A DNA stretch of 64,000 bases from Schizochytrium sp. TIO01 (taxonomy: Eukaryota; Protista; Bigyra: Labyrinthulomycetes). Shown piece by piece: positions 49,900-61,792 of the stretch. The position numbers and the translations under genes are program-made. Where the stretch lies: NCBI GenBank assembly GCA_004764695.1, contig SMSO01000007.1, positions 744,001 through 808,000 of the forward strand. Reading direction: 5' to 3'. Position 1 is the stretch's first letter. Every line of letters starts with the position of its first letter. The notes under the pieces were generated by a model. It had not been told where the DNA came from. It saw nothing but the letters and a program-made list of their open reading frames with translations, and did not search any database.

Positions 49900-51350
49900 A
49901 CATAGTGTTGCATCACGAAGTTTAATCTGCGTGGTCTTCTGCTATTTAAAGCAACATTTATCTTCTTCTTCTGATATCATTGAACTTCTAATATTTACAT
50001 CTGTTGACAAGAACTTTAATTGCCATTGAGTAACAATGTATGTTAAGGCCTTGTGTATTTCTTCCCCTAAAAACTCTACCAGGAGATTGATACACCCTTT
50101 GGGATAGAGTGAACCCCACCCTAGCAGAAAACCTGTAAGGGTCTACATCTTAACGATATGGTACTCAGCTCTCCGATGCCATGTGCAGAAAGCCCAACAC
50201 GCCTAGAGCATAATGTTGGATAGGTGTACGAATAGTAGAGTCCATTCCTCCAGCCATCAGCATCCCCATCCATAATGTTGCTTACAATTTCAATAGCAAC
50301 CCCGCAGAGTTCCGTCGTGGCTCCACAGTGGTTCTGCGCATCGATAGAGAACATAACCTTCTTTAATCACTACTAGGTACTTATGATCAAACCAAATAGA
50401 AACATCGGATACAAAGGAATTGTAAGACCTTTGCCTTTTGTCTGAGACCTTCAAAAGGCAGCTCTTCATGTGATCAAACAATAGAAGAAGAGGCCTGCAT
50501 TTCTGCAGTATACCCTATCAGCCAGCACTTTTCCCCTTTCTCGTGTCAATGTTGCCCTTGTTAGCCCTGCTATTTCCTTTTTATTTTTATTTTAAAATAA
50601 AAGTTTTGTAGAAAGGCACCCGCTCCCATGCTGGTCTGTGTGCCGGTTCACCGCAAGTCTAATGACGTTCCGTTATCCTGTACACAACCTGGTAGTTGGT
50701 GTATCGCTGAAAAGAACGCTGATCTCTTCTGTTCATTTTATCTTTTATACAACATCTAGAAAGCATTCAAACGCGGTGGGTGTTACCACATAAAAACCAA
50801 ACAAGTACCTGTGCAATAGAATGCTGCTCCCATCATTTTGTCTGGCTAGCCTTTCGCAGTGAGGTTTGTTTCGAAGTATTGAATAGAACAGTTTACCTTT
50901 CTCCAATCTGGAGTATGGGGTGATTTCTTCACCAACTACTTTGTTGGTGATACCATTCAATATCACCATGATTAGGAGACTTGAGATACATATGCTCTTG
51001 CTGGTGATGTTTCTTTAAAGAGATCCTGGCAACACTTGTAATTGGGTACGACAACTAGATCCTGTTCACTTGGCTGCCTTTACGTTAAAACCAAACAAAT
51101 TGCTATCCTATAAAGATCATCTGTTTGGAAACAACTTACAACCATTTGGTTGGGCACCAATGATCAGCACATGGCGCCTACAGAGCACTGCCAGTTGCCA
51201 TCAGCACGGTGTCCAGCTTGAAGTATCGTCACTTCTATAAAACTAGTGAGCCATTCGCGGGAAATCCCACCTGGCCTCTTGATGAGAACACACCACCCAG
51301 TAATATACAAACTTGATTATATCCACTACCTTAGTACCACCTCAACCTGC
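49900..51350 (-). mobile_element. possible highly degraded copia RT/RNase H remnant
   Basis: Weak collinear traces across frames: FNVKAA (cf. DVKTAF), KS...EWYH, LKKVMF, GDADGW (cf. DADWAG), VGLS...AEY (cf. VALSSTEAEY); AT-rich and gene-free. Confidence 0.3.
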
Positions 51351-52959
51351 GTTGATGCAGCGAATGAGAGTGGAAGACCATCCATCATGAACGGGTAGTA
51401 GGTAGGTAGTCGTAATTAGGCACGTCAAAAGGAGTCATTGTCAGGTTGTAACAGTAAAACTCACTCACTTCAGAATTTATCGCTTAGGCACGCCTACCCA
51501 CTTCTAGCAACTGCAAGTGGAGATGAAATAGAATGAACAATCATCAAGTTTGCAATCACGATCACTGTGTCTGGCACAGGTGACGAAGGAGGGCACCCTT
51601 CGCTCGTCCTCGTGATTAAAATAGAGATTGGCGAGGTGCCTTCCCAATCCTTTCCAAGGTTGAGTGAGTGGTGCCTCAGAGAACAAAATATACCTGCTAC
51701 CCATACCAAAGGCGCCAAAGAAGAGTAGAAACACGAATAAGAGAGAGAACAATGCCAAGAACAAGAAAGAGTCAAACAGAGCAATGCAATGCAATGCAAA
51801 GCAAAGCAAATTGCATCAAATCAAATTGCAAAAGGGCTGCTTTGTTACTACTCTCACAACCACAGAGCAGTGCCTGGGGTGCTTGGTACTTGGTGTTGAA
51901 GCAATCTTCCTGAGCCGCTCTTCTGCAACCTGTCCTTCTTCAAGTCAAACAAATAAGTTGACAAATCGTACGTGTGCTCAGCCTTCGTCGTTGTTAAGCA
52001 TTGATTAAGCATCGACTTCGGGTCCTATCCAATCTCGTAAGTGGCCGCTCCTACTGTCGTATAGATAGTTCTACCCATCCTTCGAAGGCCTTTTCCCTTT
52101 TCTTCTCTTTTCTTTTCTTCTCTTCTCTTTTCTTTTCTTTTCTTTTCTTTCTTTTCTTTTCTTTTTAATCGTAGAGTTGTTCATTTTCCCACGATAATTC
52201 CATTTCTTTGTAGGGCATCCTTAGTGCAGAACTAAGAGCTTACAAAGTACATTCGACTCCTACTCTTTAGTTGGAATCTATTCTCTTCGCGAGGGAGACT
52301 TCATCAGAAAGGCTTTGCGGGCAAGCAAGCAAGCAAGCAAGCAAGCAAGCGAGCGAGCTCAGATCGCCGCCCAAACCCACCCACATCCCCACCCGCGTTG
52401 CCGGCAACACATCCACTTGTACTCCGGCGGTGCAGCCTGCTGTGGCAGCGGGAGTAGCTGCAGCACCGAGCGTGCATAGCGAAGAAGCGCATCCAACGAC
52501 GACGAGCTCGCGGGGCTGTGTTGCAAAGCGGGGTAGACTGTACCTGAGAACACAAGTATTCTAGCCTGCGTGCGGCTCTGCTTGTTCCGGGGTAGAACGC
52601 CACGCAAACTGCCACATCGACTCAGGATATTATACTCTAGAGGAAGCGCGAAAGGGCACCCTCGTTATCTGCAAAGCTCCGAGACTCGCGGCTCTCTCGT
52701 TTCTTTCAGCAGACCCAAGAATAAGAAAAAGGCCAGCTGGAGAGTCCAAATCTCAAGGGAAATCTCCTGTCGCGAGTATTTGCGACGACAAGTTGTACTG
52801 ACCATAAGTATCCTTCAGAGGTCCAAACTCTTAGCAATAGATTAACTGTCTTTTCTTGCAGTTTCCGCGAGAAGTTATTTTGATTTTATTCGCCAGAAGG
52901 GTCAGGTCGAAAGCTTAGCTTTAAGCTAAACCAGAACGGTCAATCAAAGGAACGGAGAA

Positions 52960-54492
52960 ATGTTCACGACAGGGCAGAAATCGGCGAATGGCTCCGAGGA
53001 GATGCGCATGCGCGCAGGTACTTGGACTGACGCGGAGCTGGAAGAGCTCTATGATGTGAAGATGCTGAACCCGGAGAACGCGCTCAAGATGATTCACTTG
53101 CTACAGATGATGAAGGCCATTCGTCACTGTAATAAAGCACCAACTCTGGACGCAGCGATCTCGGTAACTGTGCAAAATACCTGCAAGATCATGGGATGCG
53201 ACCGTGCTACGCTCTTTATCGTTGACGAGATTCGGGAAGAACTCGTTATCAGACAGGCAGTTGGTGTCAAAGATATTCGCCTCCCACTTGATGAAAATAG
53301 CATTGCTGGTGCTGCGTACCACTCTGGCGCAATTCTAAACATCCCAAATGCTTACGAGGACCCGCGCTTTAATAGCGCCACGGATCAGGCCACTGGGTAC
53401 AAGACCAAATCGATTTTGTGCGTTCCGATTCGGGATGCCAACTTTCAACCGGTGGCAGTCCTTCAAGCCGTGAACAAACTTTCGCACACACAGGAGCTTG
53501 AGCTTGACTCACTCAAAGCCTCCCGTAACTCTCCATCGCTCGCAACGCGTCTTCTCGCCCGCCATGGTCACTCATCAGGTTCAGATCATGGTTTTCAACA
53601 CCATGATAAACCTTCATCGCACCACGGAGAGGCTCCTTTGGATTCAGACGTAATTGCCTTTACCAAGATGGACGAGGTCCTCATGGATCACTTGTCACTG
53701 CAACTTGGTGTCATTCTACGCAACCAGATGCTGCGCGAGAAGAATGAGCTTGCACACAAGCAAGTCTTGTCAATGTTAGATATCGTACGCTCTCTACACT
53801 CGAACATGGGTATCAACTCCCTAATGTTCACGATCACGGAGCGCATACCTAGCCTAGTTGATGCAGACCGCTGTACCCTATATGTCTTGGATCGCAAACA
53901 CCATGAACTGTGGTCTTTACAAGGCGCCATGGAAGTGAGGGTACCATCGAATAAGGGCCTCATTGGACATACAGCTTTGACGGGAGAAATAATCAATATC
54001 GAAGACGCGCACAAAGATCCACGCTTCAACACAGAGTACGATATCAAGACTGGCTTTCGCACTAAAAGTGTCTTGGTGATGCCTATCACAGATCGACAGA
54101 TCGCGGATGTGGAGAACCGCGAGCCTGAGGTAATTGGCGTTATGCAGGTCATTAACAAACTTCATGGTTCACGCTTCATTGACGAGGATGAACACTTGCT
54201 TTCCAGCTTTTTGGATATTGTTGGAGGAATCGTGTCTACCTCACAATTGTTCAGCGCATCTCAGGTCACAACAACAACAGAGTTCGGTGCGGCGAGCGAC
54301 CTTACGAGCGGAAGTCCAATGTCACCCGTTACTAAACGCCACGGGTCGACAGGTAACATATACGCTCAGCAAAACAGTATCAACGAAGTTGAGGAGGGCG
54401 AAGAAGAGGAGGAAGAGGAAGAGGAAGAGGAAGATGAGCCCTTCGCAGTTTCCATGGACGACAGTCTTCCACCTCTTAACCCAATCCGCTAA
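52960..54492 (+). CDS. tandem GAF-domain protein (PDE/CyaB-type GAF-A/GAF-B) with no catalytic domain
   Basis: Two repeats of DR(A/C)TL...IAG/LIG...NI.(N/D)A..DPRFN...D..TG(Y/F).TKS.L..PI...V.Q..NK...F...DE (NKFDE motif); acidic tail. Confidence 0.92.
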   Translation: MFTTGQKSANGSEEMRMRAGTWTDAELEELYDVKMLNPENALKMIHLLQMMKAIRHCNKAPTLDAAISVTVQNTCKIMGCDRATLFIVDEIREELVIRQAVGVKDIRLPLDENSIAGAAYHSGAILNIPNAYEDPRFNSATDQATGYKTKSILCVPIRDANFQPVAVLQAVNKLSHTQELELDSLKASRNSPSLATRLLARHGHSSGSDHGFQHHDKPSSHHGEAPLDSDVIAFTKMDEVLMDHLSLQLGVILRNQMLREKNELAHKQVLSMLDIVRSLHSNMGINSLMFTITERIPSLVDADRCTLYVLDRKHHELWSLQGAMEVRVPSNKGLIGHTALTGEIINIEDAHKDPRFNTEYDIKTGFRTKSVLVMPITDRQIADVENREPEVIGVMQVINKLHGSRFIDEDEHLLSSFLDIVGGIVSTSQLFSASQVTTTTEFGAASDLTSGSPMSPVTKRHGSTGNIYAQQNSINEVEEGEEEEEEEEEEEDEPFAVSMDDSLPPLNPIR

Positions 54493-55390
54493 GTATAGTA
54501 TTGTCATGACTATACGAAAAAAAGCGAGCCGCGTTCATGAATTCCCCTATTATTGCTCGGTGAAACTTGGTAGTTTTCCTGCGAATTTGGTCAGGCCTGA
54601 TCTCCCCACTTACGCACCAAGATAAATCTACTACTTTTTGTGATGTGAAATGTAACACAGTATCTTGCTGTGCCTCTAATGTAGGCTCGTCATCTGTGCA
54701 ACTTTCAGGTAGATTATGTGTACATGCCTCAAATTCTGAAAAGCACCATCAAAAACTTCACAAATTACATCGATTATAATCACATGTACCAATCTACCTT
54801 CTCTCAAGCCCTATTCTTGCCCTTGCAATGCACTGAAGCTTAGTTTTCTGCTCATTGTATTCTTAGATAGACCACTGCATCTTGTTGCTATTGCATCTAG
54901 AATCAAATTCTGATTGCCGTTATTTATCGTGTTACAATTGACATTGATTACCATTCTACTTATACAGAACATCCTTTCTTTTCTGCCTGAACCTATGCTT
55001 TGATGAAATTAAGAAAGATTTCGCACCTGCCTGTTCATAATTCGCTGTCATTCTTGCAAGAATACTTCTCCACTAATGAGTGTATGATACCGAAAACTCA
55101 GAATTACCACATGATCAAATGAGATCTCACCTAAGCTAAATTCTATTGCTATTTAACTCATCTGTAACGTTAATTGTCGCTCTTTTCTAATGCTCGCTGC
55201 TCGCCTGCTGCTTTGTATGTATATTTCCACCTACATGGTTAGCCACGACCTAATCATACTCTTAAGGCTTATCTTAATCTACCTAGACAAAACTCAAGGC
55301 GAGACGTTTTGTTGGCCCCGAAGAATCAGTCGCGGAATTCGGAGTCGAGCTCGGCTTGGACTTCCCGTTCGGCAAGTTAGATAGTTCACG

Positions 55391-56360
55391 ATGCAGTCGA
55401 CTTCGTCCCCCAAACGGCCCCTGATCGAGGAGGTCAGCGAGGCCCAGGCTGCTGCTGCCCGAAGTGCCTCAGCACCTGGCCAAGGTACCGCTGGAGTTGA
55501 TGAGCGGAGCAGTGAAAGTGATATCAGCAGCAGCGCTGCGCAGCAAAGTCGGCGTGCAGAGTTCTTGGAGGTAGGCGTAACAGCTAGACCTCAGGGCCAT
55601 AGCCTAGACATGCGCCCGGATAAGCCATTCTCGGCCCCGGTACCACCCAGTGCACGTAAGTTTTCATTGGTAGCGAGAGAACACAATGGTTGAGCAGCAA
55701 GCACTCTGCTTCAAGGCCACAATTATACAAGGATCTAGAAGCCTTTGGCGTTGAATATTGCCATAAAAATAGATAGCACAATTAGGATGTGCTGTGTACA
55801 ACAACTTTCTGTTGTCTTAAAAAGACTTTGAGGAAAACGTACTGATGAAAATGTTGGAACTGAAAGCTAACTAGACTTTGGTGTGATAATTGCGTTGCAA
55901 ACTGTTGCTTGGCCTTCTTGCTTGCGTTTGTTGATTATTCTGGTGGTGTGGATACAATTGAACAGTTCTCGCTAGACTTGAGCAGTTCTTGCCACAGATT
56001 GCGAAGGCGAACGAAGACCTCGCACAAGAGATGGCCAAGAACCCCGGTGCAGTATCTGAGCTTGACATCGAACGTGTCGAGGCTCGCGAAGAAGATGACG
56101 AGGAAGATGACGAGGAGGACAACGAAGGCGACACAAATGATACAAAAATGAAAGATTCTAGTTCATCATCTTCAGTGAACAACGAAGAGGGCGACAAGGA
56201 AGACGAGGATGACGGCGTCTCTGCAAATAATAAGCGAATGGTAGAAATGAACATTGCTCTTTACCCTCTTGAAAATGCCAGCGAGGATGCAAATGGCGAG
56301 CAACAGGCACAGAACAAGCAGCGCGTGCAAGAGATGCCTGAACAGGAGCAGCAGCAGTAA
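55391..56360 (+). CDS. NOPCHAP1/C12orf45 (DUF4598)-like protein; exons 55391..55655 and 55966..56360
   Basis: GTAAGT donor at 55656 and AACAG acceptor ending 55965 join in phase 1 to give PSALLARLEQFLPQIAKANEDL...ELDIE...acidic...VEMNIAL (219 aa), matching my recollection of the family motif. Confidence 0.75.
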
Positions 56361-57011
56361 ATTGCAGCTCCCATTTTGCAAGCAATTAGCGTGAATTGAA
56401 TACGTGTAATTAAACGAATAAACATGAGCTACGGAGTTAAGTAACAAATAGTTTAAGCGGGACTTCCCTCATTTAGGCTAGCCAAGCCTAACAACTATCT
56501 CGAGGGAGGCCTGCAAATAACTTGAACTCTTCACTGATACATACTGCATTAAAGAAAAAAGGGCGGTGGTACGCTGAATATGTATACCCATGTATCGTAT
56601 ATGCGTTCCATCGGGAATGTTATCCTTGCTGCCTCTCATGGAATACAACTTCCAATTGAGTCGGTATGCAGTTGAGATGGAAAAGAGGAAAATGAGAATG
56701 AACCAGATGATTAAGATCCGCTGCTACCCATGTTGAACACTCCAGAGTCAAATTTGGAGTGCGATATTCCAGCGTAAAGAATCAATCCCTTTTCTATGCT
56801 GCCTGTACAGCTTAGGTTTGTCAAAATAAACTCTTTTGAATCGAATAAAGAATTAACGCACAATAGTTTTGGATTTGGATTTGGAATTAGCTTGGAATCA
56901 AAAGCTGGAAAGCGCCAGCAAGACCTTGACACATTCCAAGCAGAGGTGAAGCTGGGGCTCTGAGTCAGCGCACCTGCGAGGGATAAGGTTCAAAAATGAG
57001 ATGATAGTATA

Positions 57012-57413
57012 TCAGGGTACATTTGGGTTGTTACAGAGTGTTGCAAGGTCCGGTAGAAGCTCTACAAAGGTCTCCAGGTTTGGACTGTCCTTAACACAAT
57101 CTGCCACATCACTGTACCGGACGACCTTGCGGCCATCCTCAGCAGCCCTCGCGACGCTCCTATCGACAATCTCACTTACAAAGAGTTCTGTGGCTTTGCA
57201 AACAAGATGCACTGCTTCTGATCCCGTCATTTTTACCTCGCTGGGCACTTTCATGATTCTGCGGATGGTGCCTGCACGGATAATCTCCTCGCCATCTAGC
57301 AATGATGCAGGGCGTGGACGCTTGCGGTCCTCTTCAGCATCACCACCCCCCGCTCCTGCGGATTCTGTCTTTACGACGCCCTTCGCAGGCGCACTCTTGC
57401 TGCCCTCTGCCAT
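57012..57413 (-). CDS. H2A-like histone-fold protein (NF-YC/POLE4/CHRAC1 class)
   Basis: IRRIMK...EVKMTGSEAVHLVCKATELFV...RKVVRYSDVADCV...LETFVELLP; first ATG at 57413. Confidence 0.88.
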   Translation of the reverse strand: MAEGSKSAPAKGVVKTESAGAGGGDAEEDRKRPRPASLLDGEEIIRAGTIRRIMKVPSEVKMTGSEAVHLVCKATELFVSEIVDRSVARAAEDGRKVVRYSDVADCVKDSPNLETFVELLPDLATLCNNPNVP

Positions 57414-57712
57414 CGTTTTGATTGCGGATTGAAAACTCAATTTTATTCTATTTTAAAGTTTATTTTTTTAAAATTAAAAGTTAATATAAAAGCATCATAT
57501 TACTCAGATCCAAAAACAAAAATGAGGACAGCGTTATAGATGTCCATCTTGAATACATATTTATTTGTTTTGGATTAATGCTTCTACAGAAGCATCTGTA
57601 CCGTGAAGAGTAGATATATGAAGAAAAACACTGCCTGCTGGTGTGTTGGTTTTAGATTTCTCCCAATTGATTGCTCCATCGAAAAGACATCGTGTACTTT
57701 AGCGCGACGCGA

Positions 57713-58150
57713 TCAGAAGGAATCAAAGCTCAGATGTTCAGCCCTAGAGGAGTTTGGCGATAGAAAGCCCGTAAATGAGCGAGTTTTAGATCTTGTTTTG
57801 CAATAGAAAGCCCGTGAATGAGCGAGTTTCAGATCTAGTGTTGTCACTGACTTATAATCAATAAAGGCGCAGCAATCACCCTCCTTGTGGACTTCAACTT
57901 TGCTTTCAAGATTGATTTGCGAGCTCACGATTGCTGAACCTGCCAAAAAACGACGAGCTTTCGAACAATCTTTCCATTGCTTGATAGATATCTTTGGTTC
58001 GTTCGTGTCCATATGAACTGCCAATTCGATATGATCAACCGGCCAAATGCCAAATTTTCTCCTCCCTTTCTTGATCCCCAGTTCCTCTGGCTTCAGGCTA
58101 TTTAGAGAAAGGTCTCGAGGTCCCGGTGCATCGATTTTTAGCCTGTGCAT
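57713..58150 (-). mobile_element. degenerate Ty3/gypsy RT N-terminal fragment
   Basis: PVDHIEL...AIVSSQ...VHKEGDCCAFIDYKSV resembles H.IEL...I.PS.S...V.KKDG..R.CIDYR.L; contains a 43-bp tandem duplication (57761, 57804). Confidence 0.45.
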
Positions 58151-58730
58151 CGCTTGTCACGAGTGCATTCAGTGCTTGCTTATATTTTAGCTTCTGCTGC
58201 GCCGTTTATAATCTCGACAGATGTCTCTCACCTACCGTCCTGTCCACCATTGCCAGTAGCCTTCCAGTTCTTGTCCAGCCATCGTCGCTCCTTCGAAACC
58301 AAACTCCCAAGCCAGGTTTCTGCTTTGCCTCTCTCCTATGTCCTGATCTGCTCCAGCTCATGATGCCTCAAGTTGTGAGGTTTTTCCAATTCCTCATTTC
58401 CATCATTCTCTTACACAATATCACCTTCACGCCACGAGGACGTTTCGTAACCGCCTTCAGGTGGCACTTAAGGGCGGCTAGTAGTTTTCTAGTGACATAC
58501 GTAGGACTGTGTACTCTTATCATAAGTAGGGCGGACTCAGGAATTTTGGGAAAGTCAGGTTTAGCTTAAAACAGTGATTCAATAGTGTAATCCAATTGGA
58601 AGGACTCTGTGCCTTGCGTGGATTTGGTATTCTCTGTGCAGCAGAACCGAATCCTCAACTGTGGAGCTTGGAGCTAGTGACACTTTGGCTAGAGACGTGC
58701 AGGTACGGCGAAGCGGGGTCAGTCTACGCG

Positions 58731-59984
58731 ATGGCGCCACTCAGTCCTGAAGACCGCGCGAGACGCAACCTCGATGTTGTGGTGTGGGGTGCAACTGGGT
58801 TTACAGGCCAGCTCTGTGCAGAATATCTTGCTAAAGGTGCTCTCCGGGAGCAGGTGAAGTGGGCTATTGCAGGCAGGTCTGAGGCGAAGTTGCAGGACAT
58901 TAAGGCACGCATTCAGGCAATGGGCGGCGAGAAGGTCGTGCCAGAGGTGATCGTGTGCTCGCTGGATGATGCTGCAGGACTTCGCAAGATGGCAGCAAGT
59001 ACTCGTGTTATTGCGAGTCTCGCAGGCCCGTTTAGTCAGATGGGCACCCCAATTTTAGAAGCCTGCATTGCTGAGAACTGCGATTACTGTGACATTACTG
59101 GCGAGGTGCCGTGGGTCAAAATTGAATCCGAGCGTTTGGGCGCCGCTGCTGAGGCTAATGGCGTTATTCTTAGTAGCTGCTGTGGATACGACTCCCTTCC
59201 ATCTGACCTTGGTACGCTCTATGCTATCTCCAAGCTCCGGGAGAAGTATGGCCATGGGGTTGAGGTTGGCAAGGCCAAAATGTACATGTCTAACTTTGGC
59301 TCCTTGAGTGGCGGCACTCTAGCCTCAGGTATTGCCATGGAGAACAATCCTGAACTCAACGCTATGAATAAGAACCCATTCCTTCTTGGTGGTGAGCCTC
59401 GCAGTGGACCTTCGGAGGAGGATGCTGATTACACTAGCTATGAGCTTGACGCTGACGCAAAGAGCTGGATTGCTCCATTTGGCATGGCTATGATTAACAC
59501 CCGGATTGTACGCAAGTCTGGCGCAGCTCTTGGCTATGGCCCCGATTTCAGATATCAGGAGGTATCTCTTGCAGCTTCGGAAAAGGCTGCCGAAAAGATG
59601 GCAAGGCCCACACCACCGGCGGCCAAGCGTCAGGCAATGGTCGAGGCCGGACGCCTTCCTAAGCAGGGCGAGGGTCCTCCTAAGGAACTGCGGGCCAAGT
59701 CTTGGTTCAAGGCGATTGGGAGGGTTGAAGTCGCTAATGATCCGTCCAAGCATGTCTGGATTCAGGTCAGTGGTGGTGACCCTGGCTACGAAGAAACTGC
59801 AAAGATGCTGGCTGAGTCAGCCATTTGCCTCGCTCGCCAGAGAGAGACTCTCCCTCGTAAGGGGGGATTTCTTACCCCTGCAACATCTATGGGATCAGCT
59901 TTGATTGAGCGCCTCCAGGTAGCGGGGATTCGATTTGAACAGATTGCTGGTCCTCCCAACGATAAGCTCTCAGCGAAGTTTTAA
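58731..59984 (+). CDS. saccharopine dehydrogenase-like oxidoreductase (SCCPDH / trans-acting enoyl reductase family)
   Basis: VVVWGATGFTG, WAIAGRS, AGPF...G, YCDITGE, CGYDSLPSDLG, SGGT, GDPGYEETAKML; ATG at 58731. Confidence 0.93.
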   Translation: MAPLSPEDRARRNLDVVVWGATGFTGQLCAEYLAKGALREQVKWAIAGRSEAKLQDIKARIQAMGGEKVVPEVIVCSLDDAAGLRKMAASTRVIASLAGPFSQMGTPILEACIAENCDYCDITGEVPWVKIESERLGAAAEANGVILSSCCGYDSLPSDLGTLYAISKLREKYGHGVEVGKAKMYMSNFGSLSGGTLASGIAMENNPELNAMNKNPFLLGGEPRSGPSEEDADYTSYELDADAKSWIAPFGMAMINTRIVRKSGAALGYGPDFRYQEVSLAASEKAAEKMARPTPPAAKRQAMVEAGRLPKQGEGPPKELRAKSWFKAIGRVEVANDPSKHVWIQVSGGDPGYEETAKMLAESAICLARQRETLPRKGGFLTPATSMGSALIERLQVAGIRFEQIAGPPNDKLSAKF

Positions 59985-60389
59985 AGGTATGAATCTTGCA
60001 ACCAGCTACATCCAGTCAAATACATAGAATCAGATGCCTGCGCATTGATTGGCGACCCATCATGCGTTTTGACCAAATCGCGAAGGGTAATATCATCACG
60101 AGTTTATCTCGTGTGCACGTAACAATAATACCAAAAAAAAAGATTTAATTTATGAATTTTCAGCATATCATGTGTGTTGAAGGTCTTTCGCGTCTTGTGC
60201 TGGTCCTCACGAACTGTATCTCAGTAGGTCTAATCTCGAAAATCTTCCTCATGCTTCGACCTTTCATTATTCGATTGGTTTTTGTTCGGTTTCCGGCTAG
60301 TGTACGATGGATAGGATATTCTCGATATGTGTAGGTGGCAAACAAGCAAGAGACAAATCTTGAAAAGACAAATTTAAAGAAACCCGGGA

Positions 60390-61370
60390 AATGTCTTCAT
60401 CAAAAATTGCCATGGATGTGCAGCATAAATATACAAGCAACTCAAAGCATCTCTACGCTAGTATTATCCATTCAATAAAGAGCAACCAAAAATAGAACTC
60501 TATATAAGAGAATTCGAAATTCACACCAGCTAACAACAGAATAGCAGGAGAAGGTCTGCTACATCTAGTATGCAAATGGTTCATGCCTGAAGGTGCCGAG
60601 ACGTTTATAGTAGAGAATGTGCAATAGTGCGCTGAGCAATTGTTACGAAACATAGCATTTTTGCAATTTCTCTATTCTTAAGGAGCAGCGTGGGAAGGTA
60701 AAATCAAGCGAATTGAGGATAGGTTGTCGGGAGATAAAGTGATACAGTAAGCTGTCAGCAAGTAGGAATATAAATGTGCAACAAGTCATACTTTCGTCAT
60801 TTTCTGTTGGGCTTCTATTATTATTATGTTGAAAGCACACGCAGACATAGCCATGTGCAAGGTCTGAGAGGTGGTAATCGAAGAAGTTATATTGAGTCAC
60901 CAGAGGACCACACCTGAAAGTGAAATCAGCACACTACAGATGCTGGCCTTCTGTGTGGCCCATGTCAATTATTTGGCACAACGGATGGATCCCTTCTCCA
61001 AACCAAAAAGAAAGGACCTCATCCATTCCGCCAAGGCCGTTCTAATACACGGATGTTTTCATCACAAACGGATGCGAGAACCAGCCAATGAGTGATTGAT
61101 CCCATGAAGGAGTGAGCAAGCGATCATATGAGCAAGAGAGCAAACAATTGAAGGAGCAAAGGTGCGAAAGCAGGTCCATGATAATGACAAAGATGAAGAA
61201 GACCAAAGCCAAACCAAATACACGCCTTTGGTGATCTTCATGAATCATCATTTCCCTTATTTTCCAAATTTCCTCGCATTGTCTCTCCAAAGCAAAACGT
61301 ATTCCACCAAATTCACAATTCAATCGCAGAAAACTCATCTACAAACTGAAAATCATTCAAGGTATCCATA
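60390..61370 (+). pseudogene. decayed coding frame, possibly retroelement gag
   Basis: One frame reads protein-like over ~1 kb with multiple stops (SKHLYASIIHSIK...GEGLLHLVCKWFMP...); ORFs 60871 and 61162 share this frame. Confidence 0.25.
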
Positions 61371-61444
61371 GCATCCGCTGCTCAAGGTCGAAGAGGGGGG
61401 CGTAGACGCACGAGGTGCTTCGCCTTCAATGTCTCCGTCAAGGC

Positions 61445-61792
61445 TTAAAAGAAGCGCATAGTGCGAAGGGAAAAGGCAGTGGCCGACATGCGGGTCTGGA
61501 CGCCCATGGGGCTGGCACCGTGGAGCGATGCAGGGCCAACAGCGGCGTGGGCTGCGCAGCAGCAGGTAGCCGGGTGAGACTCAAGTTCCTCTGCGACCTC
61601 TGCGGCAGCGTTGTTAACGTTGGCGACGGAGTTAGAGTTGTCAAGAGGGCTCATGTTGTCGGCGATGAGCGTGTGGAGGCCCTGGCGCTGCTTGTGGCGA
61701 GGGTTGCTCTTGCAAATGACCCGAACGCGGCCCTTGCGGCGCACGACCTGGCAGTCGCGGCAGAGGCGGCGTACGGCGGTGCGGACCTTCAT
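61445..61792 (-). CDS. rpl36: ribosomal protein bL36 (probably mitochondrial) with C-terminal extension
   Basis: [38 protein letters not shown] zinc-ribbon core plus 77 extra residues. Confidence 0.93.
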   Translation of the reverse strand: MKVRTAVRRLCRDCQVVRRKGRVRVICKSNPRHKQRQGLHTLIADNMSPLDNSNSVANVNNAAAEVAEELESHPATCCCAAHAAVGPASLHGASPMGVQTRMSATAFSLRTMRFF

